A model generated the notes under the pieces. The model was not told the origin of the DNA. It searched no databases and saw nothing but the letters and a program-made list of their open reading frames with translations. Both the position numbers and the translations under genes were made by a program. A DNA stretch of 64,000 bases from Spirochaetia bacterium (lineage in GTDB: Bacteria > Spirochaetota > Spirochaetia > UBA9216): positions 3,808,001 through 3,872,000 of the forward strand of contig OY776510.1 of the NCBI GenBank assembly GCA_963675665.1. Reading direction: 5' to 3'. Positions 1 to 9,452 of the stretch are shown here, one piece after another. The number at the start of each line of letters is the position of its first letter. Position 1 is the stretch's first letter.

Positions 1-1085
1 CCGCCCATTGCATATTTTGCATTTTCCGCAAGCTTTTTGATCTCATCAACGGTGATGCCGTAATCTGACATCTTAAGATTGTCGACCCCGCAGTCTTTCT
101 GCAGTTGAACAAGGGCTTTTACAAAGTTTTCGGGTTTTGTATCCATTCCCATTGCAGCCGCCATATCAGCGAAACGATCCGGAACGATCTTCTCAAAGAA
201 TGTGAAATATTCTTTCGACAGCATAATCAAACCGGCTCCATGAGGAAGTTTCGGGTGATATGCGCTCATTGCATGTTCCATTGAGTGCTCGGACGTACAG
301 GATGACGTTGATTCAACAAAACCTGCAAGGGTATTCGCAAGAGCAACGTCTGTGCGGGCTTCAATATTATTTCCGTCTTTCACTGCCGCTGCAAGAGATT
401 TTGCAATCAGCCTGATACTGGCAAGTGCATAAGAATCACTTACAGGCGTAGCTATTTTAGCAATATAGCCTTCAACAGCATGAAACAGGGCGTCAAATCC
501 CTGGTAGGCGGTCAGATGCGGCGGAATGGAAACCATCAACTCAGGATCAACAATCGACAGAGTCGGAAAAGTTTCTTCGGTTCCGAAACCTATTTTTTCA
601 TCATTTTCCTGATGCGTAATTACCGTCCAGGGATCAGCCTCAGTCCCTGTTCCGGCAGTTGTAGTGATTGCTACAATCGGTAATACACCGTTTTGCACCG
701 GCTTGCCTTTTCCCGAACCGCCGTTGATATAGTCCCAGTAATTACCTGGATTTTTTGCCATAATGGCAATACTCTTTGCCGAATCAATACTGCTGCCGCC
801 GCCAAGGCCGACAATAAAATCACAATTCTCTTTTTTTGCAAGCTCGGCACCTTCCGTAACATGCTCAAGAATCGGGTTCGGCAGGATTTTATCAAAAACT
901 GCAGATTCAACTCCCTGTTCAGCAAGAAGTTTCTGAACACGATCAAGATACCCATATTTTTTCATTGAAGAGCCGCTGCTTATTACAATAAGGGCTTTTT
1001 TACCTGGCAGTTTTTCTTTAGCAAGATCATTAAGCTTTCCCGGACCGAATAAAACTTTTGTCGGTATAAAATAGTTAAATGTCAT
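1..1085 (-). CDS. Iron-containing alcohol dehydrogenase (3' end runs off the window)
   Basis: Not in the ORF track. Manual translation from ATG 1085 gives MTFNYFIPTKVLFGPG...GLGGGSSIDSAK...TTTAGTGTE...SIVDPEL...FDALFHAVEGY...EHSMEHAMSA...PHG, which are Fe-ADH motifs. Confidence 0.92.
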   Translation of the reverse strand, partial: MTFNYFIPTKVLFGPGKLNDLAKEKLPGKKALIVISSGSSMKKYGYLDRVQKLLAEQGVESAVFDKILPNPILEHVTEGAELAKKENCDFIVGLGGGSSIDSAKSIAIMAKNPGNYWDYINGGSGKGKPVQNGVLPIVAITTTAGTGTEADPWTVITHQENDEKIGFGTEETFPTLSIVDPELMVSIPPHLTAYQGFDALFHAVEGYIAKIATPVSDSYALASIRLIAKSLAAAVKDGNNIEARTDVALANTLAGFVESTSSCTSEHSMEHAMSAYHPKLPHGAGLIMLSKEYFTFFEKIVPDRFADMAAAMGMDTKPENFVKALVQLQKDCGVDNLKMSDYGITVDEIKKLAENAKYAMG

Positions 1086-1263
1086 TTAGTTACTCCAATT
1101 ATTGTATCTTTATTTAAAAAATCTATTAACAATTTCCATAAAAGTCAAGATAACAAATATTTTTCCATATATAAAATTTGTTCATTAAATCATTATTGAA
1201 CACACTGTTATAATAAAGTACTAAATCGTTGATAAAAAGGAAAGAATAAAATAGAATCCCGGT

Positions 1264-1941
1264 ATGAATAATAAATTAAGCAAAGACGGAAGTATCCATG
1301 TAACGGATGAGATAATAAACACAATTACCCATACAGCAGGAGCAATTTTTTCCCTGCTTGGAATGGTTCTTCTTATTGTTCTTTCAGCAGTACAGGGCAA
1401 GACATGGCATATCGTCGGCTTTTCAATATACGGACTGAGCCTTTTTATGCTTTTTCTGGCCAGTACATTTCACCACGGTATAGACCATACTGAAAAAGTA
1501 AATAATTTTTTCCGTCTTTTTGATTATCTTTCAATCTTCGCCCTTATTGCCGGAACCTATACCCCGATTTGTCTTATCATAAGCCGCGACGCATGGGGGT
1601 GGAGCATCTTCGGGGTTATATGGGCCCTTGCCGCTGCAGGCATAACCATAAAAGCAGTTTTCCCGTCTATTCCAAAATGGTTTACAAATACATTGTATGT
1701 CTGCATGGGATGGGTCGGCGTAGCTTTGATATTTCACGTCCTGCCGGCAATTCAATTGACCGGACTGCTGCTAATCCTTATCGGCGGTATTTTTTATTCA
1801 GCCGGAGCAGTAATCTTTTATATTGAAAAACCCAACCCGGTTCCCGGTAAGTTCGGATTTCACGAAATATGGCATCTGTTCGTGCTTGCCGGAGCCATCG
1901 TACATTTTCTTTTTATGTTTTTTATTGCCCTGCCGTTCTGA
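1264..1941 (+). CDS. Hemolysin III / PAQR family membrane protein
   Basis: Seven hydrophobic segments; DEIINTITH, ASTFHH, DYLSIFALIAGTYTP and FHEIWHLFV motifs. Confidence 0.92.
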   Translation: MNNKLSKDGSIHVTDEIINTITHTAGAIFSLLGMVLLIVLSAVQGKTWHIVGFSIYGLSLFMLFLASTFHHGIDHTEKVNNFFRLFDYLSIFALIAGTYTPICLIISRDAWGWSIFGVIWALAAAGITIKAVFPSIPKWFTNTLYVCMGWVGVALIFHVLPAIQLTGLLLILIGGIFYSAGAVIFYIEKPNPVPGKFGFHEIWHLFVLAGAIVHFLFMFFIALPF

Positions 1942-1967
1942 TACCGTCCGGCATCTGCAAGTTTCAA

Positions 1968-2510
1968 TTATCTCATTGAAAACTCGCATCCGCAGTAATT
2001 CTGCCGGTACAAACCGATTTTTTCCGATAACAGAATACTCCGCCTGTATCCGTCCTTTTTTTTGAAGTCGTAATCAACGAACCGGCTGCTCTTACCACGA
2101 CCGGCGGCTGTCCCTTTTTCAAATAATACACGGGAAACCTTATGAGGACTTACCGTAAGCGTGGTACAAAAACCGTCGTATTCACCGGCATCGGCAGCTT
2201 CAGATGTTCTGTCAAGGCTGTATCCGAAACAGAAGCTGCATCGTGCTCCCTTTTCAGGCTCGCTCTCATATCCTGCCACCGTCTTCAGCCAGTCTTGATG
2301 ATCATAGCTATCTTCAATCAGTTTCAAACCGAACCATTCGGCGGTTCTTACAGCGCCATCAAGACGTTTATCATATTCTTCTTTTGGTGAAATATTCGAA
2401 TTACTGAAGAACATATCCACTTCCCAGCCATCGCCAAGAAGCTGTTCTATCGACGAGGTTGCGCATGGCCCACAGCACACATGCAAGAGCATTCTTTTCA
2501 CATGTTCCAT
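1968..2510 (-). CDS. queH: Epoxyqueuosine reductase QueH (DUF208)
   Basis: LLHVCCGPC, EKGARCSFC, TTLTVSPHK and YRQNYCGCEFS. Confidence 0.92.
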   Translation of the reverse strand: MEHVKRMLLHVCCGPCATSSIEQLLGDGWEVDMFFSNSNISPKEEYDKRLDGAVRTAEWFGLKLIEDSYDHQDWLKTVAGYESEPEKGARCSFCFGYSLDRTSEAADAGEYDGFCTTLTVSPHKVSRVLFEKGTAAGRGKSSRFVDYDFKKKDGYRRSILLSEKIGLYRQNYCGCEFSMR

Positions 2511-2572
2511 ACACAGATATTACTATATCGAAGGGAAACTGGTAAACAGGTGATTTTTGTATGATGTAATGT

Positions 2573-3220
2573 TTACTGCTTGGTATTTCTTCGCCTTGAA
2601 TTCACAAACCGGATAAAATCACTGATATTCCGGACTAAAATGCGATCATCGTAAATATCCACCCGCCTCTGCACCATAAAATGGTTTAGAATAGTTCTGC
2701 ACCGTTCGGGCGACATTCCGGCCCAGTGGGCTACGTCATCAACACTTGTTTTAAATTCACGCATCTCTTCAGACGGGGCATCAACGGTTCCGGTCTCGTT
2801 CAACATCAGAAAAACATCGGCAACCCTGGCCTGTTCATCTTCAAGAGTCAGAATCATAAAACGGCGTTTCTGGTCATATATTCTTTTTGTGAAAAGTTTG
2901 AGCAGCTTAAGGGCAATCTGAGGGTTTCCCATCATAAGAATTTCAAAATTCTCACGGTTAAACTCAAGAACTTTTACCTGATCAAGCGCTATGGCCGAAG
3001 CTGATCTCGGAGCACCTTCAAGGATAGCCATTTCACCGAATATTTCACCGGGATTCAGAATATCAATGGTTTTTTCGATATTATCAATTATCTTTGTAAT
3101 TTCGACCCGGCCTGATTGTATCAGGTAAAATGTATCACCCGGTTCAAACTCGCAGAACAGAATATCATTCTTTTGAAATGTTTTAGCAAATCGTTCAAAT
3201 ACGGACAAATCCAGTGCCAT
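2573..3220 (-). CDS. Crp/Fnr-family cNMP-binding transcriptional regulator
   Basis: cNMP domain GEIFGEMAILEGAPRSASA plus a C-terminal HTH-like segment (SVDDVAHWAGMSPE). Confidence 0.85.
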   Translation of the reverse strand: MALDLSVFERFAKTFQKNDILFCEFEPGDTFYLIQSGRVEITKIIDNIEKTIDILNPGEIFGEMAILEGAPRSASAIALDQVKVLEFNRENFEILMMGNPQIALKLLKLFTKRIYDQKRRFMILTLEDEQARVADVFLMLNETGTVDAPSEEMREFKTSVDDVAHWAGMSPERCRTILNHFMVQRRVDIYDDRILVRNISDFIRFVNSRRRNTKQ

Positions 3221-3224
3221 CTGA

Positions 3225-4229
3225 TTACCCTTTTAACCCGTCAAGAGCCCTGCCGGCCTTTTTATGAATGGGAGTACCTTCCGATGCCATTGAGAGTACT
3301 TTATTGTAAAAACCGGAAGCCTTGGCAGTATCATTCTTCTTTTCATACGAATTTCCGACACAGAACAGCGCTTCCAGCATATCAGGATGCTTGGGATATT
3401 TCTGAATCATGGCAGAAAAGTGTTTAATACAGGTATCATAATTTTTCATACTGTACAGGCAGCGACCGACTTCAAACTGGGCTTTTGCCTGGAACTCGGA
3501 ATCCCCGCCCGATACTATCACATTTTTGAAAACATTAAGCGCTTCGTTATATTTTTCCTGGCTAAAGAGGTTAACTCCCCGGTAATACTCTTTCGCAGTT
3601 TCAGACATCGAACCGCCTGAAGATGAAGACGAAGAACCACCTCCGGATGCTGCCGGAGCAACAGAAGGAGAAGCCACGGTGTTTCTGGGTGCATTCTGCA
3701 CCATGATTTCAACTCTCTGCAGGTTCTCATTGGCTTCAGAAACATATTTTCCCGAAGGATAATAAGTCAGGTAACTGCGCAAGGCATACAAGGCCTGAAC
3801 ATTTTTCCCGCATTTCTGGTAATAGCTGCCGATCTTGAATAAACCGGTCTCGGGGTCTTCATCCTCGCCGGTTGAAATCAGGTTGCTTAGCTGCTTGTGA
3901 ATACGTCTCAGCTGATTTGAAAACACCTTCAGCATTTTCATTATTATTCTTGTGTTCTGCATTACAACAGCTTCGAATTCAGGAACAGTAAAAGACAACA
4001 TCTCGGCATCTTTTACTACAAAGGCTGTTTCTTCACGGGGATATTTTCCTAATGCTGATTTTACACCGAAGAATTCCCCGGTGCTGATAATATCCTGCAA
4101 TTCCTGCCCGGTTTCTATATCCTGGTATTTCAGGATCACCGATCCGCTTTTCAGAATATATACAGACTCGTTAAGATCGCCTTTAAAATAAACGATGGAA
4201 TTGGCTTTATATCTTACCGGTTTAGGCAT
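3225..4229 (-). CDS. cNMP-binding domain + TPR protein
   Basis: N-terminal GEFFGVKSALGKYPREETA, Ser/Gly linker, then TPRs (AQFEVGRCLY, ALFCVGNSY). Confidence 0.85.
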   Translation of the reverse strand: MPKPVRYKANSIVYFKGDLNESVYILKSGSVILKYQDIETGQELQDIISTGEFFGVKSALGKYPREETAFVVKDAEMLSFTVPEFEAVVMQNTRIIMKMLKVFSNQLRRIHKQLSNLISTGEDEDPETGLFKIGSYYQKCGKNVQALYALRSYLTYYPSGKYVSEANENLQRVEIMVQNAPRNTVASPSVAPAASGGGSSSSSSGGSMSETAKEYYRGVNLFSQEKYNEALNVFKNVIVSGGDSEFQAKAQFEVGRCLYSMKNYDTCIKHFSAMIQKYPKHPDMLEALFCVGNSYEKKNDTAKASGFYNKVLSMASEGTPIHKKAGRALDGLKG

Positions 4230-4378
4230 TATCTCTCCCGATTTTTTTCATTCATCATGATTGTAATTCCCTGACAATTTGCTGTCAACGACCTGTACAG
4301 AATAATTACCTTTTTTTGATTATCGGCATATATAGTCTATGGACGACCGTTTTTTTTACTGTTAAATTGGATCTGACA

Positions 4379-5293
4379 ATGAACAGATTACTGCATATTG
4401 TGCTTTTTATTTTTATCATCGCTATACCTCTTCCTCAATACTCTGCAGCACAATCAGCCGGAAACCTTTACCCCGTTATTGAAAGACTTGATTTTACCGA
4501 TCTGAACTACAGACAGCTTCAGGAAGATATTGAATTTTACTATAAAGCTGCCGGTGCAGGAAAAGAGCTTCCTCCCCTGCTTTTTTATTCTTACTCCGTC
4601 GACTCGGATATCAACATCTTTTCTATCTCGTCACAATCCGGACTCACCTATGAAACAATAGCAACATTCAACAGAATAAGCTCAACCGCCGACAATCTTG
4701 AAAACAGAACGCTGCTGCTGCCGAGCCAGCCCGGAATATTTCTTCCTGAAACACCCGCTACGGATCTTGAGTTTATTGCCATGTCATGGAGGGCCCCCTT
4801 ATTACAGGATTCGTATAATGTCTCTGTTGAAGGAAACAATTACTTCTTTTTCCCGGGCGAATCGTTTCATAATGTTGAACGGGCTTTTTTTCTGCGTATT
4901 CTTTTTGCAAATCCTCTTCCGGAAGGAATCGTAACCTCAAAATACGGTTACAGAAAAAGTCCGTTTACAGGACACAATACTTTCCATAACGGTATTGATA
5001 TAGCAGCTCCGGAAGGTACAGAAGTCCGCTCGGCAAGAGACGGTATAATAAGTTTAACCGGATTCAATGAAACATACGGGAATTTCATTCAAATCAGCCA
5101 TAGCGGAGGGTACGAAACATTCTATGGCCACCTAAATAAAATTTTTGTTGAGTTGCATGATAAGGTAAATTCTACTATGATAATAGCAGAAGTCGGCAGT
5201 ACCGGATTATCAACCGGGCCGCATCTGCATTTTGAGGTTAGAAGAGACGGAAGAGCTACAGATCCGTCATCACTAACCCCCGGATTGGATTAA
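4379..5293 (+). CDS. M23 family peptidase (possible LysM), exported
   Basis: Signal peptide from ATG 4379; HNGID and HLH Zn motifs (GLSTGPHLHFEV). Confidence 0.88.
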   Translation: MNRLLHIVLFIFIIAIPLPQYSAAQSAGNLYPVIERLDFTDLNYRQLQEDIEFYYKAAGAGKELPPLLFYSYSVDSDINIFSISSQSGLTYETIATFNRISSTADNLENRTLLLPSQPGIFLPETPATDLEFIAMSWRAPLLQDSYNVSVEGNNYFFFPGESFHNVERAFFLRILFANPLPEGIVTSKYGYRKSPFTGHNTFHNGIDIAAPEGTEVRSARDGIISLTGFNETYGNFIQISHSGGYETFYGHLNKIFVELHDKVNSTMIIAEVGSTGLSTGPHLHFEVRRDGRATDPSSLTPGLD

Positions 5294-6282
5294 TGAGAAA
5301 ACTGTTACCTTTATTTATTATTTTTTTGGCACTTTTCCCCATGTTTTCAGTATTCGGGGATAATATCAGGGGAGATGTAGTTAAGCATATTATCTTAACC
5401 GATGCTTCTTCAAAAGAAACATTCACAATGAGCATTGAAGATGTTTTTGCAGTATCTTTTGAGCGTAATTCTGAATTCATCCGTGGCGTAGAAATTGAAA
5501 TTTTGATTCCGACCAGCCTCAGAGATTATAGCGGAAGCTTCGCATTCAATATTTTTAAAAAAATAAGCCCTGAAATAACCTCAGGAATCGGCACTTATTA
5601 TGGTAAAAAATACAATACCTTTATTCTCCCGGACGCAGCAAAGTTTTATATCCAAATTCCGTATAAGGAAAGTATTGCAGGCGAAGCATCACCGTATACA
5701 AAAGTTATTGAAGAAATTCTGCAATATAACGATTCTCCGTTGATGGTTACCGTATTGCCGATCATGAAAGGTTTTCCATCAAGTATTTACGGCAGCAATT
5801 TCACAATAAAAATTTCTTCGATATTGAAAGAAAGCGGCAATCTTATCCTTAATGTTTCCATTCCTGAGGATCTGGACAGCCGACAGCTGTCGCTTAATGT
5901 AGACGGCGGGAGCGTTTTGGTCAAAGACGGGAAAGCAGTTATTGCGCTTTCAGCCGGGAATCATAATATTTCCGCTGATATTCCCGGAGGAATCGCCGTG
6001 AACAGAACCGTAACGATTCAGGCCGGTAAAAGCACCGAAATTGAACTTGATATAGAAAAACTTGAAAGCCATGCAATAATAGATGTGCCTGTAAATACTG
6101 TTGTTTACATGGACGGAGCCAGGGTTGAACCCGGTTCCGACGGGAGACTTGCCCTGGAACCCGGACAGCATATAGTGCTGTTCAAGATTGGAGACTATAA
6201 AATAAGTAAAAAATTCGACATTTCACCCGGTAAGGACTGTAAAATTTCACTTTTTCTTGATATTTTTATAGAGGAGAACTAA
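5293..6282 (+). CDS. Exported hypothetical protein with C-terminal PEGA-like beta domains
   Basis: Signal peptide; VYMDG...LEPGQHIV pattern; TAATG coupling to the M23 gene. Confidence 0.6.
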   Translation: MRKLLPLFIIFLALFPMFSVFGDNIRGDVVKHIILTDASSKETFTMSIEDVFAVSFERNSEFIRGVEIEILIPTSLRDYSGSFAFNIFKKISPEITSGIGTYYGKKYNTFILPDAAKFYIQIPYKESIAGEASPYTKVIEEILQYNDSPLMVTVLPIMKGFPSSIYGSNFTIKISSILKESGNLILNVSIPEDLDSRQLSLNVDGGSVLVKDGKAVIALSAGNHNISADIPGGIAVNRTVTIQAGKSTEIELDIEKLESHAIIDVPVNTVVYMDGARVEPGSDGRLALEPGQHIVLFKIGDYKISKKFDISPGKDCKISLFLDIFIEEN

Positions 6283-6310
6283 ATCTTTGTTTAGTTCCAG
6301 TCGATAATAA

Positions 6311-6399
6311 TTGTGTCGGGACAAAAAATATAGTTCCCCTCCCAGTTTACTATATTAACCGACACAATAGGCCGGTCTTTTAGACCGGCCACTTTTTTT
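6311..6399 (+). ncRNA. Candidate small RNA: hairpin with C-rich loop followed by an intrinsic terminator
   Basis: Stems TTGTGTCGG/CCGACACAA and AATATAGT/ACTATATT enclose the loop TCCCCTCCCAGTTT. Sigma28-like TAAA-N16-GTCGATAA lies at 6280-6307. Confidence 0.45.
6370..6399 (+). terminator. Intrinsic terminator
   Basis: GGCCGGTCT-TTT-AGACCGGCC followed by ACTTTTTTT. Confidence 0.85.
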
Positions 6400-6495
6400 A
6401 TTATCCTATGCTTTTAACCTTACGCCAGATTCTGATTGGCTGATTTTTGCCCCTATCGCTTGACAAAATCAAAGCATGAACATACTGTAATCGAT

Positions 6496-9003
6496 ATGGT
6501 TTCCGACAAAAAGAAGCGCCGAAGAATTGAAACAATACTTGCTGTCTGTATCATCCTTTCCGTTATTATAGGAGTAATAATCGGTAAAGTACTAAGCGAG
6601 ATAAAGAATGTTGATATCCGAGCAGATCTGCAGAGCTATGAACCCGCACTTCCGACTCAAATCCTGGATCGAAACGGCAATCTGATAACCGAGTTATTCT
6701 CTGATGAAAAAAGAGAAATAGTCCCGGTTGATGAACTTCCAAAACATCTTATTTATGCCCTGATCAGCCGTGAAGATGCCAATTTCTATGAACATAACGG
6801 TTTAAGTTATAAGCATTTTTTCAGGGCACTCTATAACATTGTCACTGGCAGATACTTTTCAGGCTTCAGTACTTTAACAATGCAGGTTGCCGGCGCGCAC
6901 TATGCCGACAGAACGGAAATAACGCTTACGCGAAAAATCAAGGAAGTCTGGTACGCATTCCAGATAGAAAAAGCCCTGACAAAAAACGAAATTCTTGGAA
7001 TATATATCAACGAGGTATATTTCGGCCACGGAACCTATGGGGTTGAATCCGCATCACAGTTCTATTTCGGACATTCGTCACGGGATATATCGCTTGCCGA
7101 ATCAGCTATACTTGTAATTCAGCTTGCAAGCCCTGCGCTGTACTCGCCCATTAATCACCCCGACACTGCAAGAAACCGGCAGATAGATGTTCTGAACGAG
7201 ATGGTGGAGCTCGGGTATTGCAGCCGGGAAGCTGCCGATGATTCATTTGCCGAATACTGGGATAATTACGACTACAGCCGGTCGAATATCGCCAGCGCTT
7301 ATATAGGTAACGACAGCCTTGCACCGTACTTCAGCGAATACGTACGTATTGAATTAAACGATATGCTTTACGGCGCAGTAGATGTAAACAAAGACGGTTA
7401 TGTTGTTCATACAACACTTGATCTTGATATTCAGAATACAGCCCAACGGATAATGGACCAGGCCTACCATGAAATCAATGTTAAATACAGGCAGTATTCT
7501 GATGACCGCTATGATATAGTAAACGAAAATTTCATCAATATAGTTGATCTTCTGTCTTTAACATTCAATATCAGCGATATCCGCGTAACAGGCGCCAAAC
7601 AGAAAGCTGCGGCATCCGACACCTTCTATGATTCTCTGAATCCTACGCTTTATATGCTCTCGTCCCTATTCGGCCTTACAGATCTTAACAAGGCAACAAT
7701 AACCGGGTTTAACAAAAACAAAACCCGGACTGAAAAAAATACCGTGGAAGGCGCTCTGATAACGCTTGAAAACAATACAGGCCGGATTATTGCAATGATC
7801 GGCGGAAGCGATTTCGAAACGAAGCAGTATAACCGGGCAGTTGATGCTACAGTTCAACCCGGCTCCTGCATTAAACCGCTGTACTACTCGGCGGCCGTGT
7901 CTTCCCGGGTTATAACTCCCGCCACCCGTCTTTATGACGGTCCCGTTGTTTTTTATGATGAAAGCGGCAATGCATATGAACCTTTGAATTACCTTGGAGA
8001 CTGGGAAGGTTCTGTTCTTGCCCGCTATGCTCTTGCTACATCAATGAACGTTCCGTCATTACAGGTTCTGGACAAGGTAGGGTTTAATACCGCAATCGAA
8101 CGAATATCAAAAATGACGGGGCTTTACGACAAACGAAATGATGAAGTTCTTTTCCCGCGCGGGTTTCCTCTCGGTCTCGGTGTTACCGCTCTTGCTCCAA
8201 TTAATATGGCCAGGGCTTTCGCCACCTTTCCAAACCAGGGCAAGGAAGTAGTGCCTATTGCCATTATCAGTGTAGAAGACCGTGAGGGCAATATTGTACT
8301 TGAACCGGAAAAAGAGAGACTGCGCGAAAAGCAGAAGAACAAGGGTGAAGACCAGATTATGACGCCCCAGGAAGCATATATTATGACGGATATGCTTCAA
8401 AGTACTGTAGAATACGGAACGCTTGCCAATCGGCGCCGTTACGTCGGAGGATTCGACGGAATGCCAATTGCAGGGAAAACCGGAACAACACAGAACTGGG
8501 AAGCGGCATGGACATGCGGATTTTCACCCTATTACACTACTGCAGTCTGGTTCGGTTTCGACATGCCCGGCAACTCTCTTGGGCGTTATCTTACCGGTGC
8601 TACTGCTGCAGGTCCGTACTGGGCAATGTATATGAAAGAAATTCACAGCGACCTGGAAATCAAGGAATTTCCCGAACCTGAATCAGGCCTTATCAAAGTC
8701 AGGGTTTGCCGCGTATCAGGACTGCTTCCTACAAACGACTGCGACGACGGAACAATCGAGGAATTGTTTCTTGTAGGAACCGAACCCAGACAGACCTGCG
8801 ATATACATAAATTCGAGAAGCAGCGTGATGAGGAGCTGCTAAGAAGACTTCAGGATAACCTGCTGATTGAAGATGTCCCCTTTAATGCATTTGATGTTCC
8901 GCAGCTTGAGCTTCCCGATTTTATGCTTGATCTGAACGGCAAACCGGATTCGGATATTAACGACTCATCTGATAACGGAGATTACAACCCCCTGCTTGAT
9001 TAA
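6496..9003 (+). CDS. Class A penicillin-binding protein (PBP1A family)
   Basis: N-terminal TM anchor; GT motifs EDANFYEHNG, FSTLTMQ, RKIKE; TP motifs SCIK, SMN, KTGT. Start moved to ATG 6496. Confidence 0.93.
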   Translation: MVSDKKKRRRIETILAVCIILSVIIGVIIGKVLSEIKNVDIRADLQSYEPALPTQILDRNGNLITELFSDEKREIVPVDELPKHLIYALISREDANFYEHNGLSYKHFFRALYNIVTGRYFSGFSTLTMQVAGAHYADRTEITLTRKIKEVWYAFQIEKALTKNEILGIYINEVYFGHGTYGVESASQFYFGHSSRDISLAESAILVIQLASPALYSPINHPDTARNRQIDVLNEMVELGYCSREAADDSFAEYWDNYDYSRSNIASAYIGNDSLAPYFSEYVRIELNDMLYGAVDVNKDGYVVHTTLDLDIQNTAQRIMDQAYHEINVKYRQYSDDRYDIVNENFINIVDLLSLTFNISDIRVTGAKQKAAASDTFYDSLNPTLYMLSSLFGLTDLNKATITGFNKNKTRTEKNTVEGALITLENNTGRIIAMIGGSDFETKQYNRAVDATVQPGSCIKPLYYSAAVSSRVITPATRLYDGPVVFYDESGNAYEPLNYLGDWEGSVLARYALATSMNVPSLQVLDKVGFNTAIERISKMTGLYDKRNDEVLFPRGFPLGLGVTALAPINMARAFATFPNQGKEVVPIAIISVEDREGNIVLEPEKERLREKQKNKGEDQIMTPQEAYIMTDMLQSTVEYGTLANRRRYVGGFDGMPIAGKTGTTQNWEAAWTCGFSPYYTTAVWFGFDMPGNSLGRYLTGATAAGPYWAMYMKEIHSDLEIKEFPEPESGLIKVRVCRVSGLLPTNDCDDGTIEELFLVGTEPRQTCDIHKFEKQRDEELLRRLQDNLLIEDVPFNAFDVPQLELPDFMLDLNGKPDSDINDSSDNGDYNPLLD

Positions 9004-9047
9004 TTTTTTTACTTTGTTTTTTCTACAGCTGTAGTTATACTAAATGT

Positions 9048-9452
9048 ATGCAGATGCGGGTAGATGAAATAATCGTTCGAAAACGAATCAGGCGTGATCT
9101 GGGTGATTTGAACGAACTTTCGGAAAGTATAGAAAAGCATGGTCTTCTCAATCCGGTAATCGTTAATAACAGGAAAGTACTGCTTGCAGGAGAACGAAGA
9201 CTGGAAGCGGTAAAACTGCTGAACTGGAAAACAATACCCGTCAGGATCCTTGAAAACCCGTCAAAACTTGAAGAACTTGAGATCGAAATAGATGAAAACC
9301 TGCACAGAAAACCCTTCAACCCGGATGAAGCCGGGGATGCATTCAGGTTGCTTGAAAAACTGAAAAATCCGGGCTGGTTTCGAAAGCTCCTTTCAGCTGT
9401 CGGTGCTTTTTTCCGCAGGATTGCAGCCTTTTTTAAAAAGCCGGAGCCCTGA
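9048..9452 (+). CDS. Stand-alone ParB N-terminal (CTPase-like) domain protein
   Basis: LSESIEKHGLLNPV, LLAGERRLEA, ENLHRKPFNP; amphipathic C-terminal tail. Confidence 0.85.
   Translation: MQMRVDEIIVRKRIRRDLGDLNELSESIEKHGLLNPVIVNNRKVLLAGERRLEAVKLLNWKTIPVRILENPSKLEELEIEIDENLHRKPFNPDEAGDAFRLLEKLKNPGWFRKLLSAVGAFFRRIAAFFKKPEP

Noticed and set aside
480-968. Short ORFs listed in the track
   Set aside because: They are shadows of the minus-strand Fe-ADH gene, which the track missed because it runs off the window.
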